A stretch of DNA of 64,000 nucleotides from a virus: the IMG/VR virus record IMGVR_UViG_3300035698_024657, positions 66,255 to 130,254 of that record. One strand, 5' to 3'. Below are positions 49,795 through 58,578 of the stretch, piece after piece. The position numbers and the translations under genes were made by a program. The notes beneath the pieces were generated by a model. That model worked only from the letters and a program-made list of their open reading frames with translations, was not told the DNA's origin and searched no databases. The first letter of the stretch is position 1. Every line of letters starts with the position of its first letter.

Positions 49795-51192
49795 TTATAC
49801 GTAAATGTAGAAAGAAACATTAATATAATTCAAAGGATACAAGAACTTAACCGAACCCGTTACATTAATTCTCGTAGGTTCAGCAGTGTCCTGTGCCGCG
49901 GTAATCGCAACCTCACCCGTAGTAGGATCATTTCGAGTACCATAAGCAGCAATTAAACCATCACGTACCAATGACTGCCAAATTGCAGCAACCGTAGCAG
50001 CGACGGCTGCAGGAGTACCTTCACTAATTACAATTCCTTTACCAATATAAGCCTCATCTAACTTATCGCGAGTAATTCTACGTACCAAATCATCAGCAGC
50101 AACTACAGAAATTTCTCTATTATCCGCAGTTGAAGTATCCGTAGTAATAGCATGACGTACTTTATTAACTCCAGATTTTGCATAAATTACACAAACTCCT
50201 TCATTCCCCATACGATTCATCTCATAGGGTTCATACTGATCATCAGGAATTACGAAACCTACAATCTGTTTACCTGTTACAGGGCGGATAAGCTTATCTT
50301 GCCCAGTAATTAAACCTGACATTGCCGCGGCAATATATTCACCACCTAAAGTAAGGGCGGTTCCTGCAGGAGATGTTCGAGTAACCGTTGCGGCAGGAGC
50401 CATCAAAATAACCCGCTTATTATCGTGCGCATCAGCCTTATCTACAAAATTCTGTACAGTATAAGTACTATTAAGCGCACCGATTATACATTCACGTTCA
50501 TGTCCAATATCTGGATTAGATTCCTGTAAACAGTGCGCAATCACATTATTCTGAATTGCAGAACCACTGGCAATCGGAACAACGTACGCAACAGTAGATT
50601 TTTTCTTCAACTTATTTAACGCAGTTGTCCAATTTGACGGGGTCGCAGGATTACCTGAAACCTGGACACACATAACTGCAGGTGCACCATTTTCAAGCGC
50701 CATCGCGGCACCGATAGTCATCTTACCTGTAGAAGTCGATTCGCTTCCATAAAAAGCTTTAACATCGTTAGAATCTACAAATATCGTTGGATCATATTGC
50801 GTAGATGGTACAGGATAGGTATACGAAACATAATATGTTTCACCTACACGAGGACCAGTACTACCTGCGGTAGAATTCGTACCCCAATAAATTGCTCCGC
50901 CGGAACCAGATGAGTCATAATAATTCGCCCATGAAGAGTATCCTGCACCTGCGCCAGGATAAGGTGAAGAAGTTAAATTAGAAATGTCTCCTGCACTACC
51001 ACTATTAGGTAGTAAATCAAAACTACCTGGCTTGGTAGCACTGTATGCACCGCGCACAATTGGATAATCAGTAATAACACGAGAAGATGGTCCACTTGCA
51101 ACAATGCAGGGAATTCGTGCATCTTCCGAAATATTGATTATCCGATTATTTGCAATACTGGTAACATTAACCGAAGGTGGTGTGTAAGCCAT
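49795..51192 (-). CDS. Contractile tail sheath protein
   Basis: MAYTPPSV, ALENGA, RHAITTD, REISVV, YPLNYINV. Confidence 0.9.
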   Translation of the reverse strand: MAYTPPSVNVTSIANNRIINISEDARIPCIVASGPSSRVITDYPIVRGAYSATKPGSFDLLPNSGSAGDISNLTSSPYPGAGAGYSSWANYYDSSGSGGAIYWGTNSTAGSTGPRVGETYYVSYTYPVPSTQYDPTIFVDSNDVKAFYGSESTSTGKMTIGAAMALENGAPAVMCVQVSGNPATPSNWTTALNKLKKKSTVAYVVPIASGSAIQNNVIAHCLQESNPDIGHERECIIGALNSTYTVQNFVDKADAHDNKRVILMAPAATVTRTSPAGTALTLGGEYIAAAMSGLITGQDKLIRPVTGKQIVGFVIPDDQYEPYEMNRMGNEGVCVIYAKSGVNKVRHAITTDTSTADNREISVVAADDLVRRITRDKLDEAYIGKGIVISEGTPAAVAATVAAIWQSLVRDGLIAAYGTRNDPTTGEVAITAAQDTAEPTRINVTGSVKFLYPLNYINVSFYIYV

Positions 51193-51242
51193 TACTTACG
51201 CCCTCCATTATTCTATTATACAACCTATTTATTCTCACAAAA

Positions 51243-52325
51243 TTAGTAACTTGTAAGGCCATCCGTATTTATTTCCTCAAGTACTGGTAAGATAAAGTCT
51301 TCTACCCAACTACTATACACCGATAAGGTTAAATCGATTGAGAATAATCGATCCGCCCCACGTACACGTACAGATTCGGGACCTTTACCTACATCTATAA
51401 TATAGATCCCTTCGTCAGTTAGGTCACTTACGAAGTCGTAGTCCATTCCAGTTTCATTCGCACTTGTGCCCATTTTAGCTTTACGTTGGGGATTTGAATG
51501 TTTTGCTAAATGAAAATACACAAAAAGAAGCTCAGCAATTTTTTGAGTAGTCGCCAAATCTTTAGATTCTATGAAAACTCGAATGGTCCCATCTAAACCC
51601 CCGCCTACTCGATAAGATACTGGCCCATTTACTCGGGCATACGCAGTATTATCATTAACTTCTGTCCAACTTCCAGCAGATCCCGTGAAAAGCTTAATAA
51701 AGGGGGTAATATCCGTAGAAGGAGAACTATCGAGTAACATGCTATACGACGCGCCAACCGAACCACTGGTGTGGGCAGATACAAAATAATTGGTGTCTGC
51801 CGCAAGAGTGATTAAAGGTGTCAAAGAAGTAGTTGCCCACTCATCTACATGAAACTCTTTACCCGCAATACTTCCACTCGCTAAAATGTTATCAGGCTCA
51901 CCACCAGAAACATCCCATAAACGAACGATAATGTCATTTTCATACGGTCCAATATATTTTAATGCCAAATCCACAGAACGAACAGGCATAGTATATGTCT
52001 CAGTCTTCACGCCAAATGCGACTAATGTATCAGTTGAAAGATCTATGGATGCACGGGGCCTTGAGCCAATTTGCAAAGTATCCCAATAATGTCCAATTCT
52101 ACTATCAATTGCCCAATGATCGTCAGTTGTACCTTCCGAAAACAATACAATTACTGGATAATTTTCAGCATCCCACGGATACTGTTCAAAGGCATCAGGA
52201 GAATTTTCTCCGGATAAGGATATAACTTCTACACCCGTATTTTCCCATCCAGTATTCAACGTAAAAATTTTATTAATGAACGCTGTAAAGTTCTGTTTAA
52301 TTCCGCGTGGTTGTTGATATTGCAT
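51243..52325 (-). CDS. Tail terminator/completion protein with inserted beta domain
   Basis: EQYPWDAENYPVIV; position immediately before the sheath. Confidence 0.55.
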   Translation of the reverse strand: MQYQQPRGIKQNFTAFINKIFTLNTGWENTGVEVISLSGENSPDAFEQYPWDAENYPVIVLFSEGTTDDHWAIDSRIGHYWDTLQIGSRPRASIDLSTDTLVAFGVKTETYTMPVRSVDLALKYIGPYENDIIVRLWDVSGGEPDNILASGSIAGKEFHVDEWATTSLTPLITLAADTNYFVSAHTSGSVGASYSMLLDSSPSTDITPFIKLFTGSAGSWTEVNDNTAYARVNGPVSYRVGGGLDGTIRVFIESKDLATTQKIAELLFVYFHLAKHSNPQRKAKMGTSANETGMDYDFVSDLTDEGIYIIDVGKGPESVRVRGADRLFSIDLTLSVYSSWVEDFILPVLEEINTDGLTSY

Positions 52326-52333
52326 TCTTCTAC

Positions 52334-53263
52334 CTATGCGGAAATAGTCGCATTTGAGGTTAAGGTAACGGTATCCGTATACGTACGTTTAACTACATCT
52401 GGCGCAAGAAGATATCTAACATCACTTTCCTCAATTCGTACAGTTTCAAATTCTTGATGCATTATTATCCCGCGCCAACGACTATCACTCTTATTGACAA
52501 TTTCCCAAATTACACCAGTATTTCTTCCCATAGTTCCAATGATTAAATCATAATTTTCTACATAAGGAATAGACGCAATCCAATGACGTAAGTCACGCCG
52601 CTTAACCCTACCAATCTGTTCCGCGGGATACTCTTCCGGCGCCATAGGTACTCTAACCAATACAGTATCGGTAGGGTTATATTTGGTAGCAGAAGTAGTA
52701 TATTGCTCAAAGGCAGCAGGATAACTCGTACCCCTACAAAGGGAACATTCCCTATTCGCAAATCCGGTAGACCTATCTACACAAGAACAAATATTTCGGT
52801 ATGAATAGGATACATCGCCCGGAGTATAATCTTCATTGAACCACACCTTAACTGCGCCTGCAGTCGCCGCAGAGGTACCGACAAGAATCTCTAAAGAGTA
52901 TTCAGTATCGTATACTATGGAATCTTTATCGAATACTCGAGTAAGTTCAGTCGCGTCATTAAACAATCTAAATACATCGGACTGAGTACGCGAATTAGGG
53001 TGAACGTCTTCGCCATCACCAGGTTGCCAAATATACGCAGAGTACTGAGTTGAGGTAGTATCCCACGAGGTAATAGATTTACTACGGAATTCCCCTTGGT
53101 CTACGCGATGAAACAAGAAGAACGGCTCACCCCCTACACGTATTTGCAGGGTGTGCGATTCGAGCATGTAGTCCTCGACTTCTTTATCCAAGCCAAGTTC
53201 ACATTCCCGAAATAATTCTTCGCCACTACCTAAAGGATTTCCACTATTAACAATAGGTGACAT
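52334..53263 (-). CDS. Head closure / neck protein with zinc motif
   Basis: GGEPFFLFHR, CSC...ECSLCRGT; neck-module position. Confidence 0.6.
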   Translation of the reverse strand: MSPIVNSGNPLGSGEELFRECELGLDKEVEDYMLESHTLQIRVGGEPFFLFHRVDQGEFRSKSITSWDTTSTQYSAYIWQPGDGEDVHPNSRTQSDVFRLFNDATELTRVFDKDSIVYDTEYSLEILVGTSAATAGAVKVWFNEDYTPGDVSYSYRNICSCVDRSTGFANRECSLCRGTSYPAAFEQYTTSATKYNPTDTVLVRVPMAPEEYPAEQIGRVKRRDLRHWIASIPYVENYDLIIGTMGRNTGVIWEIVNKSDSRWRGIIMHQEFETVRIEESDVRYLLAPDVVKRTYTDTVTLTSNATISA

Positions 53264-53799
53264 TATTGAGTGTACCTTAATACATGTCGAACACTTTGAA
53301 TATTTTCTTCAGGATATACCATATCCGGGACAACTTCTTTTGATATCAATTCAAAACCATTTGCTTGCAAATATTGTAAAAAGGGCATCGAAACTCCATT
53401 ATAGGTATTCATCACACTCTCATCATAGGAAGGTTTAGCAAAATCAATGGGTTCGGTCTCTTCATATTCTACCTCACCTCCAGGTGAAGTAACTCTAATT
53501 ACTTCGCGTGCAATTGCAATCGGATCGTCCAATTGGTAAACCATATTACCTAACCGTATACGCCCAGTAACAGAATTGTCAGGTAATGGGATGCCTTCAT
53601 TAAGATCATGTACTATATCCGGTCCCGCTTCTTCAGAATCAATATCTATAGATACATAACCGTCCTCGGGAGCATTTTCAGGACGGCCGTATGAAGCACC
53701 TCCCCCTAAATCGAGGTATGGGATATCTTGATAATCTTCATATTGAGAAACTTTCTTTTTACGCATATTCAATACTTTTCCTTTTCTAAAATTAAGCAT
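53263..53799 (-). CDS. Class I SAM methyltransferase-like protein
   Basis: LDLGGG, YVSIDI, DIVHDLNEGIPLPDNSV, EVIRVTSPGG. Confidence 0.7.
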   Translation of the reverse strand: MLNFRKGKVLNMRKKKVSQYEDYQDIPYLDLGGGASYGRPENAPEDGYVSIDIDSEEAGPDIVHDLNEGIPLPDNSVTGRIRLGNMVYQLDDPIAIAREVIRVTSPGGEVEYEETEPIDFAKPSYDESVMNTYNGVSMPFLQYLQANGFELISKEVVPDMVYPEENIQSVRHVLRYTQ

Positions 53800-53975
53800 G
53801 AGACATTTTCTTACCTTTATTCCAAGCAGGTTTACCCTTATTCCAAGGAATTCGCCCTTTATTTGCTTGACTCATTTTCTGCTTAGTTTCATCAGAATGT
53901 TTACGCCCTTGAGCATTTTTAGACATTTTCTGTTTAGCCTCTACAGTATGATGTCTACCATAAATTATGACAGCC
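53792..53975 (-). pseudogene. NUMOD3 DNA-binding repeat remnant of a homing endonuclease
   Basis: YGRHHTVEAKQKMS, GRKHSDETKQKMSQANKGRIPWNKG; no nuclease domain and no clean start after the upstream stop. Confidence 0.6.
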
Positions 53976-54755
53976 CTATGCGAACTTCGACGTTCCTCTG
54001 AGGGCCCTGGAAAGTGACCTCGGAAAACCGGTGGTTGAACTAAACATTCCACGAACATTAACGTGATCTAATGCATATTTCATACGCATTGCCTTTAAAT
54101 CTGTGGCATATTTTTGCATCATTGCACTAAAGATTCCAGAATACTTTGCACTTCTATCACGTGTCAGTGATATACCATTATCATTATATATAAAATGCTT
54201 TCCTGCCTCATAGATCCCTAATGCGGTAAGCCCGTTTATAAGCGCACCCTGTTCAATAATTGCATAATATGGTGTAGGGACATCAACAAAAGTATGATAA
54301 GTGATTGCAGGTGGATAAGCATTCCACCAATTCAATCCATCTTGCAAGAAATCGAGAATTTCTCGATCTCGCGGAAATTTATTTGCAAAACCCCCCATAT
54401 CGGCGTGCATATATAATGAGGACCGTAAACGTTCTGACATCACAGCTTTAACAATAGATTCTCTACGATCTTCAAGTTTAAATACATTAGGAATATCTTG
54501 AGTAGCTTCAAGACCTAATGTATCAGAACGCCACCAAGTACCATAATATCCATAAGACCATGTGGAATTTGGACTAATTTCATACCAATATTTACCGTCG
54601 CCAGCGCCAGAGGCTGTACCGTTAGCAACAAGTGTGCCGCCTGTTTGATACTGGATAGTTACATAAACATCGCCATCAGGTGTTACAGCATCACCATTTT
54701 CGTCCTTAAATTCGGTCCAAACCCGCTCAGACTGGTCGCGATATATAATCTGCAT
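53976..54755 (-). CDS. Head-tail adaptor with N-terminal Ig-like domain
   Basis: N-terminal beta domain (GDGKYWYE); C-terminal FIYNDNGISL motif; neck-module position. Confidence 0.6.
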   Translation of the reverse strand: MQIIYRDQSERVWTEFKDENGDAVTPDGDVYVTIQYQTGGTLVANGTASGAGDGKYWYEISPNSTWSYGYYGTWWRSDTLGLEATQDIPNVFKLEDRRESIVKAVMSERLRSSLYMHADMGGFANKFPRDREILDFLQDGLNWWNAYPPAITYHTFVDVPTPYYAIIEQGALINGLTALGIYEAGKHFIYNDNGISLTRDRSAKYSGIFSAMMQKYATDLKAMRMKYALDHVNVRGMFSSTTGFPRSLSRALRGTSKFA

Positions 54756-54757
54756 GC

Positions 54758-55183
54758 TTATTCATCCCGTATTGCGTACTCCCCATTAGGAAGAATTGCT
54801 AAATATCTCTTTATGTTGCGGCCATTCAAATTTGCTTGAAAACCAAGCGCAGTAAAATTCACAGTGGGTCCACCCTTAGACAAAATATCTGCACGGGGCG
54901 AAAGACCAAATTTCACGGTTTCTCTAATAAAATAGATAGGTCGAATATTAGTCAATTCACCAACATCTGCAGTACACGCGGAAAAATGGGTTAAATCACT
55001 ATTATCGACTTGCGTAGAGAATTTACCGTTTGACATATATACAGTGTACTTTTTCGTTCCCAAGATTATCGATAAACTCTCTAAATCATTTAATCGATCC
55101 AACACCTTGCAAAATAATACTTCATTGCCTTTACCATCATAGCCGTCAAGAATTTCACCATTACAAAACTTTGCTTGCCACAT
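54758..55183 (-). CDS. Hypothetical protein
   Basis: 141-aa ORF with AAGGA RBS. Confidence 0.6.
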   Translation of the reverse strand: MWQAKFCNGEILDGYDGKGNEVLFCKVLDRLNDLESLSIILGTKKYTVYMSNGKFSTQVDNSDLTHFSACTADVGELTNIRPIYFIRETVKFGLSPRADILSKGGPTVNFTALGFQANLNGRNIKRYLAILPNGEYAIRDE

Positions 55184-55309
55184 TATCTACTTTCCTTTTC
55201 TACTATAAAAGTAGACGTGAAACTGGTTGTATCCACTTCCACATCTAATTTATTGGTGGTTAGTATTGTATTACTATCCATAACAATCAACTTATATTAA
55301 AGTTAAGTC

Positions 55310-56035
55310 CTAAATATGTATCCAAGTTTTCCGTTTAACTACATTAGTAATTACTGTTGGGCTAACTCCAAATACTTTTGCAGTGGTTCTTCGGTCATAA
55401 TTGGGTAAATTAAACATTGCACGGATTTTAAAAACATCCCCTTTAGTCAATTTAGAATTAGAATGCCCTTCACCAATACATTTACCCTTACGGCTTTTAC
55501 CTATTTTAAGTTTCGTTGCAATAGAATGAGATTTTCCATACATTCCGTGATTCTCTCCTGCAATCTGTGGACGAGGAATACCTTTTTGCGCAGCACGCAT
55601 TTTAGAACAGTGTTCTACAGTTCTTACAAAACTTTTAGACCACTCGCCAATTTTCCACTTAGCTTCTTTAGTATGTATATTCCCTTTATTCATTTCACTG
55701 AGTTTCTTTTTAGTTTCAGCAGAATGCCTATAACCACTTGTTCCTTCTCCCCCATCAGTAAGATTGCAAAGTGACCCAGTACCTAAATCTCTACGTCCAT
55801 GATACTTAATCCAATACTTTTCGTAGTGAAACGCTTCTATTTCAGTAAGATTTTTATGAATAAAAACAACTTCAACGTTATCCTTACCTATTTTACGGAT
55901 CTTATTTTTCAATAACCGATTCGTAGTCCCCGCCCCTAAATGACTTAGAACACGAAATCTGGCCCCTCTCCCTTTTCCTACATAAAAAGGAACATTATCA
56001 AGATCAAAATACATATAAACATAGTATGTATTCAT
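55310..56035 (-). CDS. Free-standing GIY-YIG homing endonuclease with NUMOD3 and C-terminal HTH
   Basis: YYVYMY...PFYVGKG, LCNLTDGGEG, HSAETKKKLSE, SKLTKGDV...AKVFGVS...KRKTW. Confidence 0.87.
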   Translation of the reverse strand: MNTYYVYMYFDLDNVPFYVGKGRGARFRVLSHLGAGTTNRLLKNKIRKIGKDNVEVVFIHKNLTEIEAFHYEKYWIKYHGRRDLGTGSLCNLTDGGEGTSGYRHSAETKKKLSEMNKGNIHTKEAKWKIGEWSKSFVRTVEHCSKMRAAQKGIPRPQIAGENHGMYGKSHSIATKLKIGKSRKGKCIGEGHSNSKLTKGDVFKIRAMFNLPNYDRRTTAKVFGVSPTVITNVVKRKTWIHI

Positions 56036-56044
56036 ACTCTATCC

Positions 56045-56584
56045 TCAGGTGCGATCGTAAGTCAACGAAACTGTCTTTTGATTTACGGGCCCCGCTGCAA
56101 TACTCGAAGTCGTTTGTAACTGGAACGACATCATCGAAGTCCGTGCTCCTGAAGCATATCCTGGAGAACTCACATACGCAGCCAATGTTAAAGTGCCGTC
56201 CGTGTAATTAGGAAGGCCAACATTATTACTACCTGGAAGAGCTACAGGAATTACAGGAACAGCATGTGTGCTAACAGCCGGCAATGACGTCTGAGAAGGC
56301 GCACCAGATTTCGCATAAGCGCCGGAAAATATGACTGACTCTCCAGTGATGTAATCTCCGGCAGATTTATACAACTTCGCATTAGATACTGTAGAAAACG
56401 AACCAGACCATTGCGCCTTCCAGTATTTTGCGTAACTGTTTGAGCCTGCCGCAATGGGATTACCCGCCGTAGTCAAATCAATACTATCAGCAGAGCCGAA
56501 ATTAAGATTAGTAGCCAATCCCGTACCTTGGCCCGCTGCTGCTGCAGTCCCGTTAAATTCAACCCATGTAACCGTTACGGCCAT
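56045..56584 (-). CDS. Putative virion structural protein
   Basis: 179-aa Ser/Ala/Gly/Thr-rich beta protein in the head module; strong AAGGAG RBS. Confidence 0.6.
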   Translation of the reverse strand: MAVTVTWVEFNGTAAAAGQGTGLATNLNFGSADSIDLTTAGNPIAAGSNSYAKYWKAQWSGSFSTVSNAKLYKSAGDYITGESVIFSGAYAKSGAPSQTSLPAVSTHAVPVIPVALPGSNNVGLPNYTDGTLTLAAYVSSPGYASGARTSMMSFQLQTTSSIAAGPVNQKTVSLTYDRT

Positions 56585-56600
56585 TGTCTAATCTCCTTCA

Positions 56601-57293
56601 TTAACCGCGTTCTGCTGCTTCTGCAGCTTCTTGCTTTGCAATTTCTTTCTGAGCCACAGCTTCATTAGCGTCTTCAGCAGCCTCGAGGCGTTCTCTATCT
56701 TGTTGTTGTTTTTCAGTAAACGCTTCAGGGCTAATGTCCATACTAACCTTCAGCAGCAATTCGGAAGAATCCATTGAAGTTTCACGCATTTTAGGTGTAA
56801 CATCCATTTCAGCTTCGACCTTTGCAGCCGCAGTACGTTTATTTAAAAATTTATTATCTGTAGCCTGGATCGCAAGTCTACTTGAATTAACCTGTTCTTG
56901 AATATTTTTACGTGTTGCTGCAGTAATGTTTGCCTGAGTTTCTAATTCGGTGTGTGTACGGGTAGAATCACGAGATGCTTGATCATATTGGGATAGAATA
57001 TGTGACGCGGATTCAAGTTTTAACTGCGGAACCGTCACAGGTGCCGCTGCATCTACAGAAAACTCTGCATCCTCTGTACACCTCACCAAATTGCCTGCTT
57101 TTAAATGTGTTGCAAGACTGGAACATTTTAAAATAACTTCCGCAGTATATCGATTACTTAAATTTACGCTCTCATGACAATTGATAGCAAGTGTATCCTT
57201 ATCAATATCTAATAATACGGAATACCCATCCTGAGCGACTACAATAACATCCTCTAACTTTTCTGGCTCTGTTAACTTTTCTTGCTCTGACAT
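56601..57293 (-). CDS. Hypothetical protein (coiled-coil C-terminus)
   Basis: 230-aa ORF downstream of MCP. Confidence 0.6.
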   Translation of the reverse strand: MSEQEKLTEPEKLEDVIVVAQDGYSVLLDIDKDTLAINCHESVNLSNRYTAEVILKCSSLATHLKAGNLVRCTEDAEFSVDAAAPVTVPQLKLESASHILSQYDQASRDSTRTHTELETQANITAATRKNIQEQVNSSRLAIQATDNKFLNKRTAAAKVEAEMDVTPKMRETSMDSSELLLKVSMDISPEAFTEKQQQDRERLEAAEDANEAVAQKEIAKQEAAEAAERG

Positions 57294-57298
57294 CTTAA

Positions 57299-57493
57299 TT
57301 ACTCCTCTAACTTTTCAAGGTCTTCTATAATAGTTGTTACACTATTCCAAGCATCTGACGTTATATCCCTAATTGTCTGTTTATACGCCTTACATTGTGC
57401 ATCATCCAAACCCATTTGTTCAATAGTATTAAATAATTGCGCACGAAGACGATTCATAACTTTATCAATCTGCGCTTTTGCGTCTTGAGACAT
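57299..57493 (-). CDS. Hypothetical small helical protein
   Basis: 64-aa ORF with AAGGA RBS. Confidence 0.6.
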   Translation of the reverse strand: MSQDAKAQIDKVMNRLRAQLFNTIEQMGLDDAQCKAYKQTIRDITSDAWNSVTTIIEDLEKLEE

Positions 57494-57523
57494 TTATCGC
57501 AACCGTCCTTTTATCATCTTTTA

Positions 57524-57549
57524 TGGAGGGGGAAGTTATTCCCCCTCCA
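57524..57549 (-). terminator. Stem-loop downstream of major capsid gene
   Basis: Perfect 11-bp inverted repeat tggagggggaa-gtta-ttccccctcca; no U-tract on the coding strand, so termination is uncertain. Confidence 0.55.
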
Positions 57550-57583
57550 CAATTATAAAACATTCTATGAATATTATCCTAGC

Positions 57584-58558
57584 TTAGGACGGGAATCCAG
57601 AGAATGTACCTCTCGCAACCGAATTAGCGTTAACCAACAGCATACCGAGCTCTTCATAACCGACATAGCCGATCAGTGCTTCTTTCGGGGTGTCGTCCGG
57701 AAGCAGGATAAGATCAGTACGAATAGGTAACACACCAGTGAACCGCGGCTCTGAATAACAGTAAACCCAGTTATTCGGGACCAAACGAGAAACGATTATA
57801 TCGATTCCCCACAAAGATCCAACCAGGCCTGTCTGCCAGATTTCACGCTGGGTTACAGGATCCACATCAGTGTTCACCCACGAACGTAAATGAGAATACG
57901 AGACAAAATTCATCAAATACGCATACGCCGGTAAATCCCATTTCATGACAGTAGCGGAAAGCTGATTCATGAAATCCTTGGAACAACCACCAGTGGAAGT
58001 AACGATAGGGTTATTCGAAACGTTCGCGGCAACAGTAGTTTCAGTCAGTGCCAAGAACTGAGTATCCTCTTCAACCTGCACAGCGATACGAATCCGCTCC
58101 TGCATACGATCAAGGACATTGAAACGACGTTGCTGGATTTCTTTCAACCTAATTGCCGCGGGTGCGAAAATTTCCCACGTAATCGGCTCGACATATTCGC
58201 CTTCAACGATAAACTGGACTGATTCGCCCTTCTTAGTCACCGTAGAAGCAAAAGCAGTAATGTCGCGATCATACCTAGCTATCTGACCTTGACCAAGAAC
58301 GTCGATCTCGAAAAATCTACGCGCCATGCCCTGGTAATCCAACTGGGTACGAATAGGAATAGCCATCTGAGCTCCAAGAGCTTGACGACCCGCTTCTGTT
58401 TGTAGAAGCGTAAAAATCTGATCAGCTTCACTCGCATCTGTATATTGAGTGTAAGGATCAGTGGTAGAGAAATCAGCAGTCTTCTCTACACCGCCAAAAC
58501 CTGCATTAGGTGCGGTCTTTTGGAACCCCGGAGGGTAAGAACTAGCTTGCTTATGCAT
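57584..58558 (-). CDS. Major capsid protein (HK97 fold, Bxz1-like/encapsulin-related type)
   Basis: GRQALGAQMAIPIRTQLDYQGMARR, QVEED, TGLVGSLWGIDIIVS, GYVGYEELG; GGAGG RBS; follows protease and decoration genes. Confidence 0.88.
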   Translation of the reverse strand: MHKQASSYPPGFQKTAPNAGFGGVEKTADFSTTDPYTQYTDASEADQIFTLLQTEAGRQALGAQMAIPIRTQLDYQGMARRFFEIDVLGQGQIARYDRDITAFASTVTKKGESVQFIVEGEYVEPITWEIFAPAAIRLKEIQQRRFNVLDRMQERIRIAVQVEEDTQFLALTETTVAANVSNNPIVTSTGGCSKDFMNQLSATVMKWDLPAYAYLMNFVSYSHLRSWVNTDVDPVTQREIWQTGLVGSLWGIDIIVSRLVPNNWVYCYSEPRFTGVLPIRTDLILLPDDTPKEALIGYVGYEELGMLLVNANSVARGTFSGFPS

Positions 58559-58578
58559 AATAAGTAATACCTCCTAGG

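Noticed and set aside
55184-55309. tRNA or structured ncRNA in the largest internal intergenic gap
   Set aside because: No cloverleaf; only a short TCTACT/AGTAGA inverted repeat near the RBS, not distinguishable from chance.
58370-58400. RQALG in the major capsid protein as a seventh leader motif
   Set aside because: It is internal, lacks KE and has Q in the wrong register; part of the conserved capsid helix.
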